From assembly GCA_964526295.1 (NCBI GenBank), contig CAZGKW010000007.1:5136-69135 (forward strand): a stretch of DNA of 64,000 nt, written 5' to 3'. Within the stretch, counting starts at the first letter, position 1. Each line of letters begins with the position of its first letter. Below the pieces are notes generated by a model, which was not told the origin of the DNA, made no database searches, and saw only the letters and a program-made list of their open reading frames with translations. Positions 1 through 9,202 of the stretch are shown one piece after another. The stretch comes from an uncultured Anaerolineales bacterium (GTDB lineage Bacteria > Planctomycetota > Phycisphaerae > FEN-1346). A program made the position numbers and the translations under genes.

Positions 1-1192
1 CGGCCTCGGCGCCCTCGCGGAGGAGGACCCGAACGGCCCGGATGCGGGCGACGGTGGGCCGCTTCGCATCGGCGACGGCCGCGTACAGGAGGTCCTTGGC
101 GGCCTCGCGGTCGTCGAGGGCGTCCCGGACGGCCTCGGCCACGTCGGCGTCGTCGGCGGCCAGGAGGTCCAGGACCGCCTCGTCGGCCTTCGGCCCGCCG
201 ATCTGGAGGATCGCCGCCAAGGCGCTCGACCGGACGAGCCGGGCGGCGTCGCGACGCCGGCGGTCGATCAGGCGGCGCAGCATCGGCTTGGCGGCGTCCG
301 GCGAACGGGTCAGCCACGAGTGGCTCCCCTTTCCGGGCCGCTCGCCGCGGCGGACCAGCTCGGCGTCGAGCATCTGGCGGATGGCGTCGAGGTCGGCCTC
401 CGTAACAGGCCGGCTGGACCGCTCCTCGAAGCCCGCGAGGCGGGCCTTGCTGAGCGGCTCGCGGACCAGCTCGACCAGCGGCCCGACGGCCTGCTCGTCG
501 CCGAGGCGGCCCAGGGCGTCGGCGGCCGAGCGGCGGAGGGCGTCCTCGTCGGCCTTCAGGGCCTCGAGGAGCTTCTCGACGCGGCCGGGGTCGCCGCTTC
601 GGCCGAAGGCGTCCGCGATGGCGGCCCGTTCCTCGGTCGAGCCCTCCGCGAACATCCGGTCCAGCCGCGAGAGGCCGGCCGGACCCAGCCGGCTGAGGGC
701 CTCGATGGCCGCCAGCCGCACGAACGTCACGTCGTCGGTGACGCACTCGGCCAGGGGATCGACCGCCTCGGGCCGGCCGAGCCGCCCCAGGACCTCGCAG
801 GTGGCGAGGCGGACCTCGTCCTCGGGGCTCGAGAGCAGCCTCACGAGCGGCCCGACGTCCTCGACGAGGTCGGGCCGGGCCAGGGCACGGATCGCGCGGA
901 TCCTCAGGTGCACCTGGATGTCGTTGCAGGCGGCGTTAAGGAGGGGCTCGACGACGACCGGGTGGTCGATGCGCGAGAGCGCATCGATGGCGGCGGCCCG
1001 TTCGGGGGGCTCGCCGGCGGCCAACTGGTCGATCCAGGGCCGGGCCGCCAGGACCTGGGGGTCGGCGGGGACCTCGGGCTCCTCGGCGCAGCCCGCGAGG
1101 GCCGCGGTCGCCGCCAGCACGACGGCCGCCACGAGCGGGCGGGTCCCGCATCCCGGCCCCGCCGGCCTATTCCCTCTCGTCGGCGAAGCCAT
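1..1192 (-). CDS. HEAT/PBS-lyase-like repeat lipoprotein (partial; 3' end lies beyond window start)
   Basis: Manual minus-strand translation from ATG at 1192-1190 gives MASPTRGNRPAGPGCGTRPLVAAVVLAATAALAGC (signal peptide + lipobox Cys). This is followed by repeated ~30-aa units of the form ...VRxxAxxALGRLGxPEAVxPL..., which are HEAT/PBS-lyase-like. The frame is open to nt 1 with G/C-rich third positions. It is not in the ORF track because it has no in-window stop. The plus-strand ORFs 42..1859 and 320..1255 are its antisense. It overlaps the exbD stop by about 26 nt. Confidence 0.6.
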   Translation of the reverse strand, partial: MASPTRGNRPAGPGCGTRPLVAAVVLAATAALAGCAEEPEVPADPQVLAARPWIDQLAAGEPPERAAAIDALSRIDHPVVVEPLLNAACNDIQVHLRIRAIRALARPDLVEDVGPLVRLLSSPEDEVRLATCEVLGRLGRPEAVDPLAECVTDDVTFVRLAAIEALSRLGPAGLSRLDRMFAEGSTEERAAIADAFGRSGDPGRVEKLLEALKADEDALRRSAADALGRLGDEQAVGPLVELVREPLSKARLAGFEERSSRPVTEADLDAIRQMLDAELVRRGERPGKGSHSWLTRSPDAAKPMLRRLIDRRRRDAARLVRSSALAAILQIGGPKADEAVLDLLAADDADVAEAVRDALDDREAAKDLLYAAVADAKRPTVARIRAVRVLLREGAEA

Positions 1193-1616
1193 GGCTGCTC
1201 CGCATGTAGACCCGGCGAAGTCCGAACAGCTCCAGGTTGTCCACGACGTCCATGAGGTGATAGTACGGGGTCCGTCGGTCGATGTCGAGGCGGATGGGCA
1301 TGTCGCGGTCCTGTTCGGCGACCGACCGAAGGAACTCCATCATCTCGGCCCGGCCCACCGGGGCCTGGTTGTAGAACTGGTTGTCGTCGTGGATGTAGCG
1401 GTCGCCCTCGTGCGTGACGGTGATGACGATCTCCTTCTGGAGGCGGGTGTCGCGGGCGTGGGCGGCCCGGGGCATCTCGATGGGCAGCACCTTCTGGGGC
1501 TTCTTCAGGCTGGCGGTCACGATGAAGAAGATCAGCAGGATGAACGCCAGGTCCAGGAGGCTGGTCATCTGGACCGCCCCTTCTTCGGAATCATCGTCGC
1601 GGTGGATCAGGGCCAT
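1167..1616 (-). CDS. exbD: ExbD/TolR biopolymer transport protein
   Basis: This is the C-terminal 149 aa of track ORF 1167..3134(-): MALIHRDDDSEEGAVQMTSLLDLAFILLIFFIVTASLKK...VVDNLELFGLRRVYM. It has a single N-terminal TM plus a periplasmic domain, which is the typical ExbD/TolR layout. ATG at 1616-1614. Confidence 0.85.
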   Translation of the reverse strand: MALIHRDDDSEEGAVQMTSLLDLAFILLIFFIVTASLKKPQKVLPIEMPRAAHARDTRLQKEIVITVTHEGDRYIHDDNQFYNQAPVGRAEMMEFLRSVAEQDRDMPIRLDIDRRTPYYHLMDVVDNLELFGLRRVYMRSSHGFADERE

Positions 1617-1666
1617 CTGGGTCCTCCCGGCGGCCCGTCGATTCAGGGCCGTGTTCTGTCCGCCGT

Positions 1667-3256
1667 CTATTCCAGCTCCTTGACCGCCTCGATCAGCTCG
1701 CGGTCCTCGTGGGTCATCAGAATGACGCTGAACCCCGTCGTGCCGGTGGCGTTCTCCAGCTTGAAGAGGAACCGGTTGAAACCTGCCCTCAGGGGCACCG
1801 CCCGGAACCCGTATCGCGTGAACGGGACCCACGGCTGGGTGTCGGGCGGGCTCTGGTAGAGGCGCTGGCCGTTGACCCAGCAGACGCCGTAATCGTCGCT
1901 GGCGAACGAGGCCAGCACGGTCCGGTCCTTGTCCGACCACACCTCGGTGTAGAAGTACCAGATGGCGTAGGCCTCGTTGTCGACCGTGTAGGGCTCGAAC
2001 CGGACGCCCCCTTCGATGAAGTCCGAGCCGATGTGGCGGTACTTCCACCGGAGCTTCCGTCCGCCCTTGCCCTCGTAGACGGCGTCGAGGTCGGGGGTGC
2101 TGTTGGGGGTCTCCGGGGGGTACTTCCGCTCCAGTTCCGAGAGGCGCCGGGTGGCCCCGGGGTGGTGGAAGGGCCCCACCGAGTACCACCGGTCGATGCT
2201 GACCCACTGGGCCCCGAGGGTCACCTCGCCCTCGCCGATGCGGTTGCCCAGGGCGACCTCCGGGTCGATCAACTGCTGGAGGTCCACTTGGCGGAGGAGC
2301 TTCGGGTTCAGGTAGTGGCCGAAGTAGGGCACCGGCGGGGGGACGATGTCGTACTGCTGGCCGAACATGGTCGAGAGGAGGAAGCCGCGGTCCTTCGCCT
2401 GGGCCAGCTCCAGCCACCGCCGGGCCGTGTTCAGCATGTCCTGGGTCTCGAGCCAGGCGTCGACCAGCTCCTGCTTGTACTGCTTGAACGGCTCCCCGAG
2501 CCAGGAGGTGATGCGGGTCGTATCGAGCAGCTCGGCCCGGACGTCGCGCCGCTGGGGCAGGTCCAGGCGGGTGTTCTCCAGGGCCTGGCCCAAGGGGATG
2601 GGGTCCTCGAGCGATTCGGCCAGTTCCAGGGCGTGGAACCGCTGATAGATGGCCCCGATCTCCCGCTCCAACGGCGGGTGCAGCCGGTACAGCTCGACCA
2701 GGCCCATCCCGGAGGTATCCGCGAGGGGCTCGAAGTGAAACCGCGTGGGCTCGACGTCCACGCGGGGGAAGTACTCCGCCTGCGGGTCGGGGTCCTCGGC
2801 GGTGGGCCAGACGCCCAGGCGGACCTTCTCCCGCCGGTCCTCGTCCTCGGCCTTCATCCGGCGGAGCTTGGCCAGCTGGAGGGCGTCGAGCTGGGCCCGG
2901 ATCTCGGTCAGCTCGAACAGCGACTCCTCGAACCGCCGGGTGTAGAGCTTCTTCAGCGTCTGGATGGCCTGGCGGACCTCCCACGGCGCGACCTGGACCT
3001 CGCGTCCCTCCTCGGTCTTGATGAGGAAGTCGTAGACGTAGCGGTTCGACAGGGCGATCGCCACGATCACGTGGACGATGACCGAGACGATGAAGAAGGC
3101 CCGTACGTGCTTCGACTGGACCATCCACCGCCACAGGCGGGGCCGAGGCGACTCGGGAGGCCCTCCGGGGGGTTCGTCCTGCGGCCTGACGCCGGAGGAA
3201 CTCGGCCCCGGCCTTTTGTCGGCCGCGTCGCCCGATTGTCTGGGTTCGTCGCTCAC
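1667..3256 (-). CDS. bitopic membrane protein of unknown function, inserted between exbB and exbD
   Basis: Track ORF 1667..3256(-) of 529 aa. It has a Pro-rich cytoplasmic N-terminus, one TM (AFFIVSVIVHVIVAIAL) and a ~430-aa periplasmic domain. G/C third positions are high. There is an alternative start at the MVQSK codon (~3130). Confidence 0.7.
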   Translation of the reverse strand: MSDEPRQSGDAADKRPGPSSSGVRPQDEPPGGPPESPRPRLWRWMVQSKHVRAFFIVSVIVHVIVAIALSNRYVYDFLIKTEEGREVQVAPWEVRQAIQTLKKLYTRRFEESLFELTEIRAQLDALQLAKLRRMKAEDEDRREKVRLGVWPTAEDPDPQAEYFPRVDVEPTRFHFEPLADTSGMGLVELYRLHPPLEREIGAIYQRFHALELAESLEDPIPLGQALENTRLDLPQRRDVRAELLDTTRITSWLGEPFKQYKQELVDAWLETQDMLNTARRWLELAQAKDRGFLLSTMFGQQYDIVPPPVPYFGHYLNPKLLRQVDLQQLIDPEVALGNRIGEGEVTLGAQWVSIDRWYSVGPFHHPGATRRLSELERKYPPETPNSTPDLDAVYEGKGGRKLRWKYRHIGSDFIEGGVRFEPYTVDNEAYAIWYFYTEVWSDKDRTVLASFASDDYGVCWVNGQRLYQSPPDTQPWVPFTRYGFRAVPLRAGFNRFLFKLENATGTTGFSVILMTHEDRELIEAVKELE

Positions 3257-3302
3257 CGTCGGTCCTGCCCTTCCGGGGGCATCGAGGGGGCTTGCCGGGG
3301 GT

Positions 3303-4061
3303 TCACTCGGTCGCCTGGTCCACGGTCTCGGCCTCTTCGTCTTCCTCCCGCTCGACGAACCAGTCGCGCAGGAGTTCCTGGACCGCCACGTCCAGCTCGT
3401 CGGCGTAGGTGTTCGTGCGGTTGCGGAAGTAGTTCCACAGGGCCAGCGTCACGATGGCCACCAGGAGGCCGAACTGGGTCGTCACGAGGGCCAGCGAGAT
3501 GTTGCCCGCGAAGACCGAGGGGTCGCCCGTCTCGCCGAGGAGTCGGAAGTCCTTGAACGCCCCCAGGACGCCCGTGACCGTCCCGAACAGTCCCAGCAGC
3601 GGCGCGATGGTGGCGGAGGCGAACATGGGCTGGAGCCGCCGCGAATGGACGCTGATGGCCGAGCTCATCATGTCGCCGACCACGGTCCGCATCTGCTCCA
3701 GGTCGACCCGGCGGTTCTCGACCATCAGGAGGATGCCCTGCGCCAGGACGCTGCCGTCCCGCTCGCACCGGGCCACCAGCTCGTCCAGCCGGCCTTGCTG
3801 CCACAGCCGCCGGGCCTCGGAGACGAGCCACATCGGGGCGATGCGCCTCCGCCGCAGCCTCACCAGCCGCTCGATCGTGAACGCGATCGTCACGATGCTG
3901 CAGATGAGGATGAGCCACATCGTCGTGCCGCCGGCCATGAACCAGTTCTTCAACTCGGTCCAGTAGTAGCCGGGGCTGAGTTCCACGGCCAGGGCCTGCG
4001 AGGCCCAGACCGTCATGACCAGGCCGCCGATGAGGACGATCCAGAGCCGCCTTCTTCGCAT
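3303..4061 (-). CDS. exbB: MotA/TolQ/ExbB proton-channel protein
   Basis: 252 aa with 3 TM helices and the conserved ...APLLGLFGTVTGVLGAF...TTQFGLLVAIVTL... core of the MotA/TolQ/ExbB family. Confidence 0.9.
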   Translation of the reverse strand: MRRRRLWIVLIGGLVMTVWASQALAVELSPGYYWTELKNWFMAGGTTMWLILICSIVTIAFTIERLVRLRRRRIAPMWLVSEARRLWQQGRLDELVARCERDGSVLAQGILLMVENRRVDLEQMRTVVGDMMSSAISVHSRRLQPMFASATIAPLLGLFGTVTGVLGAFKDFRLLGETGDPSVFAGNISLALVTTQFGLLVAIVTLALWNYFRNRTNTYADELDVAVQELLRDWFVEREEDEEAETVDQATE

Positions 4062-4332
4062 GCCGTCTCCTTTGCCATGTGGGCCCCGGGCCGGGGCTGC
4101 ATGCAGTTCTAACGACAGGGGGGAGGGGAGGTTCCGCCGGAAAAGGGCCGGACGCCGGCCGCCCCGCGGCGGGTGACAGCACTGCCGTGACTGCCCGCTG
4201 GTCCATCGCGGCCGGCCGGGGACGTCGCCACGCAGGAGTGCGGGTGCCGCGGGACTTGCCCGAAGCGCTTCCCCCTTCTATCTCTGCGGCCGTTGCGGTA
4301 TCCTCCGCCGGGCTCGGGGCGGGGAGGCCCCG

Positions 4333-5235
4333 ATGGCTGACACCTGGGTCGACAAGTTCGGCTACCTCAATGCGAGCCGGCCCCTCCACCCCAACGACGA
4401 CTACTGGCGTTTCCTCGTTCGCGAGGTCTGGCGATTGGACGAGGGCCCCCGCCGCGTGATCGACTTCGGCTGTGGGTTTGGGCGAACCGGCCTGCACCTG
4501 ATGCCGCTGCTTCCGGCCGGGAGCACGTACACCGGTTTCGACCGGTCGCGGCCCCTGCTGGCCAAGGGCAACGAGGTGTCTGCGTCGCTGCCATGCCCGG
4601 CCCGGTTCGTGCAGGGGGACGTGCATGCCGCCCCGTTCGGAGACAGCCGCTTCGACGTGGCCGTTGCCCACACGGTGCTGATGCACGTCGTGTCGCCGGA
4701 GCGCGTCATGGCGGAGATGGTTCGCGTGACCCGGCATGGGGGGACGGTCATCACGTGCGATGCCAGCCGCAACGCCCACAACGCGCTCTTCCACATCCAT
4801 GAGACCCAGGAACAGGACCAGACGCCTCTGTCCCTGTTCCAGGCAATGAACGCCGCCATCAGGAAGCGGACAGGCGTGGACTACAACATCATCGGGATGA
4901 AGACGCCGATCCTGATGCACCTGGCAGGGCTGCGGGACGTGCAGGCCCGGACCAGCGATGCCGTCCGCCTTCTCTTCCCTCCGGTCGACACGCCGGAGAA
5001 GGAGCGGCTTTTCCGGGCAATCTGCGACGATGGTTTCGGGTACTGCCCCACGGACGAGGACGGCATCCGCAAGTGGCAGGCCCGGCTCGTCGAGCAGGGG
5101 GTGAGCGAGTCCGATGCGGCGGCCGAGATCCAGAGAGAGATCGACCGCGACTTCCCGCGAAAGGGGCGGCAGTATCACACCGTTTACGCCGGCGTCCTGA
5201 CGTTCAGCTTCGGGACCGTCCACAAGGACGGGTGA
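4333..5235 (+). CDS. class I SAM-dependent methyltransferase
   Basis: 300 aa. It carries motif I VIDFGCGFGRTG and a later acidic motif, matching the Rossmann-fold methyltransferase signature. Confidence 0.85.
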   Translation: MADTWVDKFGYLNASRPLHPNDDYWRFLVREVWRLDEGPRRVIDFGCGFGRTGLHLMPLLPAGSTYTGFDRSRPLLAKGNEVSASLPCPARFVQGDVHAAPFGDSRFDVAVAHTVLMHVVSPERVMAEMVRVTRHGGTVITCDASRNAHNALFHIHETQEQDQTPLSLFQAMNAAIRKRTGVDYNIIGMKTPILMHLAGLRDVQARTSDAVRLLFPPVDTPEKERLFRAICDDGFGYCPTDEDGIRKWQARLVEQGVSESDAAAEIQREIDRDFPRKGRQYHTVYAGVLTFSFGTVHKDG

Positions 5236-5452
5236 TCCGGCCCATGCCGTAGGGCTTCTCGGCGTTGCGAACGAGGCCGGGGGCCGGCCTCAGGTCTGGA
5301 CGGCGGTTCGCCGAAGGACTCAAGCCACCCACGGGTCGGCGGCCCTCCGGGGCCCGCCGGCTTGTCCCCGATTCCTCCTTGACTGCGGTTAGGGCTTGGT
5401 TACGATTGAATTAGCAGTGCCGTTCTTCGGTATCTGCGTCCTTTCGTTGTGG

Positions 5453-5488
5453 GCGCACCGGACCAGCAGCCGGTGCGTCCTTTTTTCT
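5453..5488 (+). terminator. candidate rho-independent terminator
   Basis: GCGCACCGG-ACCAGCAG-CCGGTGCGTC stem-loop followed by TTTTTTCT on the plus strand. It lies downstream of the methyltransferase gene. Confidence 0.45.
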
Positions 5489-5839
5489 GTGCGGTCCCCG
5501 GGGGCCGCACGTCTTCGCATCCGGGGCGATTACGACTGGAAGGGGACCGGCGGCTTTGTGTTCGACCTGGACCTCACCGACGAGTTCCTGAAGCCCGGAC
5601 GTCACCACACGCCGATGGGGACCGCCGGGGCCCTGCTGGAGCACTACTTCGGGGCCTTGGACGACAAGACCTTCCTGCGGCGCCTCGGCACCCCGGCCGG
5701 CGGAGGAGACGATGTGTTCCAGTGGGCGTCGAACCGCTGGTTGGATGCAAGCGATCACCGCGTTGTCGTGTGGGGATTCGTGGTGGTCAATCCCCCCGCG
5801 CGGCGTGCCAAGGTCGTGTGCCACGGGGTTGCCGAGTGA
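5489..5839 (+). CDS. hypothetical protein (start uncertain)
   Basis: This is the 3' part of track ORF 5396..5839. G/C-rich third positions begin around ...GDYDWKGTGGFVFDLDLTDEF.... An in-frame GTG at 5489 is the first plausible start after the terminator. No family was recognised. Confidence 0.35.
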   Translation: MRSPGAARLRIRGDYDWKGTGGFVFDLDLTDEFLKPGRHHTPMGTAGALLEHYFGALDDKTFLRRLGTPAGGGDDVFQWASNRWLDASDHRVVVWGFVVVNPPARRAKVVCHGVAE

Positions 5840-5935
5840 CGCCGCAATCCGATGGTTCGGAAACCCGTGGCGCCGCCAACGGTGTGCTCGCTGACGCTGC
5901 GGTTTCGCCTCCAGGCACGCCCGGGGGCGCGCCGC

Positions 5936-6907
5936 TCAAGCTGCCTCCTTGAGGATCGCGTCGATCTCGGCCATCTGCTCGGCGCTCAGGGGGCCGTACT
6001 CGGCCGCACCGACGTTCTCCTCCACCTGCTCGACCGTCTTGAAGCCCGGGATGGGGATCGTGACCTCGCTCCGGGCCCAGATCCACCCCAGGGCCGCCTG
6101 GGCCAGGCTCCGGCCGTCCCGCGTCAATACGCCGCGCAGCTTCTCCAGCCGGTCCAGCCACTCGGCCTCGCGGCCCGCCTTGAGGTCCCACCCCGGGGCC
6201 CGGACGTCGTCGTCGGGGAACGTCGTCTCGTGGGTGAACTTGCCCGTCAGGAGTCCCTTCGCCAGGGGCCCCCGGTTGATGCTCGCCAGGTCCTCCTGCT
6301 CACAGAGGGCCAGCGTCTCGGGGTCCCCCTCGAAGAGGCTCAGCCGCTGCTGGATGGCCGTGCAGTGCGGCCCCTGGGCGAACAGGCGGGCCCGGTCCGG
6401 ATCGTCCGTGCTCCAGCCGTACCAGCGGACCTTGCCTTCGGCGACCAGCTCCTCGAGCGTGTCGCGGACCGGGGCGGCCTGCTCGGCGGGGTAGTTGCCC
6501 TGGTGGAACTGGTACAGGTCGATGCGGTCGGTGCCGAGCCGCCGGAGGCTCGCCTCCAGGGCGGGCTTGATCTCCGCCGGACCCTTGTAGGGGCCGGTGA
6601 CGCGCTTCGCCTCCGGGTCGAAGTGGTGCCAGAACTTCGTGGCGATGAGGACCTCGTCGCGGCGGCCGGCGAGGGCCTTGCCCAGGACCTCCTCGCTGTG
6701 GCCGCAGCCGTAGCAGGCGGCCGTGTCGAAGAGCGTGACGCCGAGGTCGAGTGCCCGGTGGAAGGCCCGGACGGACTCCTCGTCGTCGACCCGGCTCCAT
6801 CCGACGGGGCGGCCCTGTTCGTCATTGTAGGGTCCGCCGATGGCCCAGCACCCGAGGCCGAGGGCGGAGGTTTCGATGCCGCTACGCCCGAGAACGCGTG
6901 TCATCAT
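5936..6907 (-). CDS. aldo/keto reductase
   Basis: MMTRVLGRSGIETSALGLGCWAIGG...LIATKF...IDLYQFH..., which are AKR family signatures. The track ORF extends 10 codons further upstream, to 6937. Confidence 0.85.
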   Translation of the reverse strand: MMTRVLGRSGIETSALGLGCWAIGGPYNDEQGRPVGWSRVDDEESVRAFHRALDLGVTLFDTAACYGCGHSEEVLGKALAGRRDEVLIATKFWHHFDPEAKRVTGPYKGPAEIKPALEASLRRLGTDRIDLYQFHQGNYPAEQAAPVRDTLEELVAEGKVRWYGWSTDDPDRARLFAQGPHCTAIQQRLSLFEGDPETLALCEQEDLASINRGPLAKGLLTGKFTHETTFPDDDVRAPGWDLKAGREAEWLDRLEKLRGVLTRDGRSLAQAALGWIWARSEVTIPIPGFKTVEQVEENVGAAEYGPLSAEQMAEIDAILKEAA

Positions 6908-7297
6908 GGTGCGCCGCTCCTTTCGTGTGCGGGTCATTAAGGCTGATGCCGGGGATCCAGCCTAGCGGGTCGGGCGGGCCGTCGCAAGCGGAGCGGCGAA
7001 TCGGGCCGGGCCCGCGTTCGCTGGAGCCCCTCTCCGAGCCGCCCTCCGTGTCATTCCGAACGGGGTCCCGATGTACGCCCGGACGGAGTCGAGGATTCTC
7101 GCCGTGGTCGTTCTTGGTGACGGACGGGGAGATTTCTCCACTCGCCCCGGCTGCGTCGGGACTCGGTCGAAATGACAGGCGCGGGGCGGGCAACGGTTCC
7201 CTCGACGGGCCATGCCTGCTTTTCCCTGTCGCGGCGCCCGCGGCGGAGGCATAATGGCCCGGCACAACCGGCACCACCAGCGAAAGGGAGAGCACAC

Positions 7298-7879
7298 ATG
7301 GCCTTCACGCTCCAGATCGGCGAGCGAGCACCCGACTTCAGCCTGCCCGGCATCGACGGCAAGACGTGGTCGCTGGAGGACTTCGACGACGCCGACGTCC
7401 TCGTCGTCGTGTTCCGATGCAACCACTGCCCCTACGTGATCGGCTCGGAGGAGCGGATCAGTGCGGTCTACGAGGACTACCGGCCCAAGGGCGTCGCCTT
7501 GGTCGGCATCAACTCGAACGAGACCGAGAACCATCCCACGGACGACTTCGACCACATGGTCTCGCACGCCGAGGAGCACGGCATCGCGTACCCCTATCTG
7601 TGGGACGAGTCGCAGGACGTCGCCCGGGCCTACGGGGCCCTCCGGACGCCCCACTTCTACGTCTTCGACCGCGACCGGAAGCTTCGCTACACGGGCCGCC
7701 TGGACGACCAGCCGCGGGACGCCTCGCAGGCGACCACGCAGGAGCTCCGCGGCGCCCTCGACGCCGTGCTCGAGGGGCGCGATCCGCCGGTGCCGCTCAC
7801 GAATCCCATCGGGTGCAACGTGAAGTGGCAGGGCCAGGACGCGCACTGGATGCCGCCCGAGGCCTGCGACCTGGTCTGA
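7298..7879 (+). CDS. thioredoxin-fold thiol-disulfide oxidoreductase (redoxin/TlpA-like)
   Basis: ATG at 7298 is preceded by AAAGGGAGAG. The protein [29 protein letters not shown]...FRCNHCPY contains a CxxC motif, and ...[16 protein letters not shown]... is redoxin-like. The upstream part of track ORF 7172..7879 is 5' leader. Confidence 0.8.
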   Translation: MAFTLQIGERAPDFSLPGIDGKTWSLEDFDDADVLVVVFRCNHCPYVIGSEERISAVYEDYRPKGVALVGINSNETENHPTDDFDHMVSHAEEHGIAYPYLWDESQDVARAYGALRTPHFYVFDRDRKLRYTGRLDDQPRDASQATTQELRGALDAVLEGRDPPVPLTNPIGCNVKWQGQDAHWMPPEACDLV

Positions 7880-7899
7880 GCGGCGCCGCGAGCGATCGG

Positions 7900-8900
7900 C
7901 GCGGTCGGTCTCCGTGCCGACCGCGCTCGGCGGGCGAGGCAGGTCGTGCCGCCCGGCGCGCTTTCTTTCACGTTTTGCCGCGCGGCGGCCAGGACTTTCC
8001 ATCATTTTGGGGCGCGGCGGCCAGTCTTGGCCGCCGCGTGATTCGCGTTTGGAAGTCCCCTCGCGGCGGGCAGGACTGCGCGGCGCGCTTTCTTTCACAT
8101 TTTGTCGCGCGGCGGGCAGGACTTTCCATCATTTTGCCGCGCGGCGGCCAGTCTTGGCCGCCGCGTGATTCGCGTTTGGAAGCCCCCTCGCGGCGGGCAG
8201 GACTGCCCGCCGCGCCTTCGGTTGGGCTGCCCGCCGCGCTTTCGCTTGGACTGCGCGGCGCGCTTTCTTTCACATTTTGCTGCGCGGCGGCCAGTCTTGG
8301 CCGCCGCGTGATTCGCGTTTGGAAGCCCCCTCGCGGCGGGCAGGACAGCCCGCCGCGCCTTCGGTTGGGCTGCCCGCCGCGCTTTCGGTTGGACTGCCCG
8401 CCGCGCTTTCTTTCACATTTTGCTGCGCGGCGGCCAGTCTTGGCCGCCGCGTGACCCGCGTTTCGAAGTCCCTTCGCGGCGGGCAGGACTGCCCGCCGCG
8501 CTTTCGGTTGGACTGCGCGGCGCGCTTTCGGTTGGACTGCCCGCCGCGTGATTCGCGTTTCGAAGCCCCCTCGCGGCGGGCAGGACTGCCCGCCGCGCCT
8601 TCGGTTGGGCTGCCCGCCGCGCTTTCTTTCACGTTTTGCTGCGCGGCGGCCAGTCTTGGCCGCCGCGTGACCCGCGTTTCGAAGTCCCTTCGCGGCGGGC
8701 AGGACAGCCCGCCGCGCCTTCGGTTGGACTGCCCGCCGCGCTTTCTTTCACGTTTTGCCGCCCGGCGGGCTTTCCTTCACATTTTGCCTCGCGGCGGGCA
8801 GGACAGCCCGCCGCGCTTTCGGTTGGGCTGCCCGCCGCGTGATTCGCGTTTCGAAGTCCCTTCGCGGCGGGCAGGACTGCCCGCCGCGCCGACTCTTGAC
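7900..8900. repeat. complex tandem array of palindrome-containing repeat modules (~1 kb)
   Basis: At least six copies of a ~118-nt module GCGCTTTCTTTCACRTTTTGCYGCGCGGCGGCCAGTCTTGGCCGCCGCGTGAYYCGCGTTTSGAAGYCCCYTCGCGGCGGGCAGGACWGCCCGCCGCG, interleaved with ~26-nt submodules CYTTCGGTTGGRCTGCCCGCCGCG. Two internal hairpins recur: GCGGCGGCCAG/TTGGCCGCCGC and CGCGGCGGGCAG-GA-CTGCCCGCCGCG. Overlapping multi-frame ORFs encode the same MKESAPRSP... peptides, which is an artefact of the repetition. Confidence 0.85.
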
Positions 8901-9202
8901 GGAACCTGCCAGACCTCGCCGCACGCAGGAACCCCCTAAGGACCCCCTGTTTCGAGGTTCGTTGGACCCCCGGTGACCCCCCGGCAGCGCCCCGGTTGCC
9001 TCGCGGTTCTCCCCCTGGCGTCGAAGGCGTCTTGCGCCGGCTGGCGGTCACGGACTCGGCGGCCCCTACCGACGAAGCGGGGCCGTCCCACGGGCAACTC
9101 CTCGGAGAAGTTGAATCCGCTCGCCAAGCCTCGGCGAACCCTACCTGAACGCAAGCACGGGGTAAGACAAGGATAACCGAGGGGTAATCAGGGAGCACGA
9201 CC

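Noticed and set aside
42-1859. Long plus-strand ORFs (42..1859 and 320..1255) with Ala/Arg/Gly-rich translations
   Set aside because: They are the antisense of the minus-strand HEAT-repeat lipoprotein gene. That gene has a clean signal peptide/lipobox and repeat structure, and it continues past the window start. Open antisense frames like this are expected at this GC content.
3253-5223. 656-aa minus-strand ORF spanning exbB and the methyltransferase
   Set aside because: It overlaps two well-supported genes on both strands. Its translation is low-complexity Arg/Pro/Gly-rich. It is an off-frame artefact.
7900-8900. Possible CRISPR array, given the regularly repeated GC-rich palindromes
   Set aside because: No unique spacers are present. 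The sequence between the palindromes is itself repeated as part of the larger ~118-nt modules. There are also no cas genes in the window.
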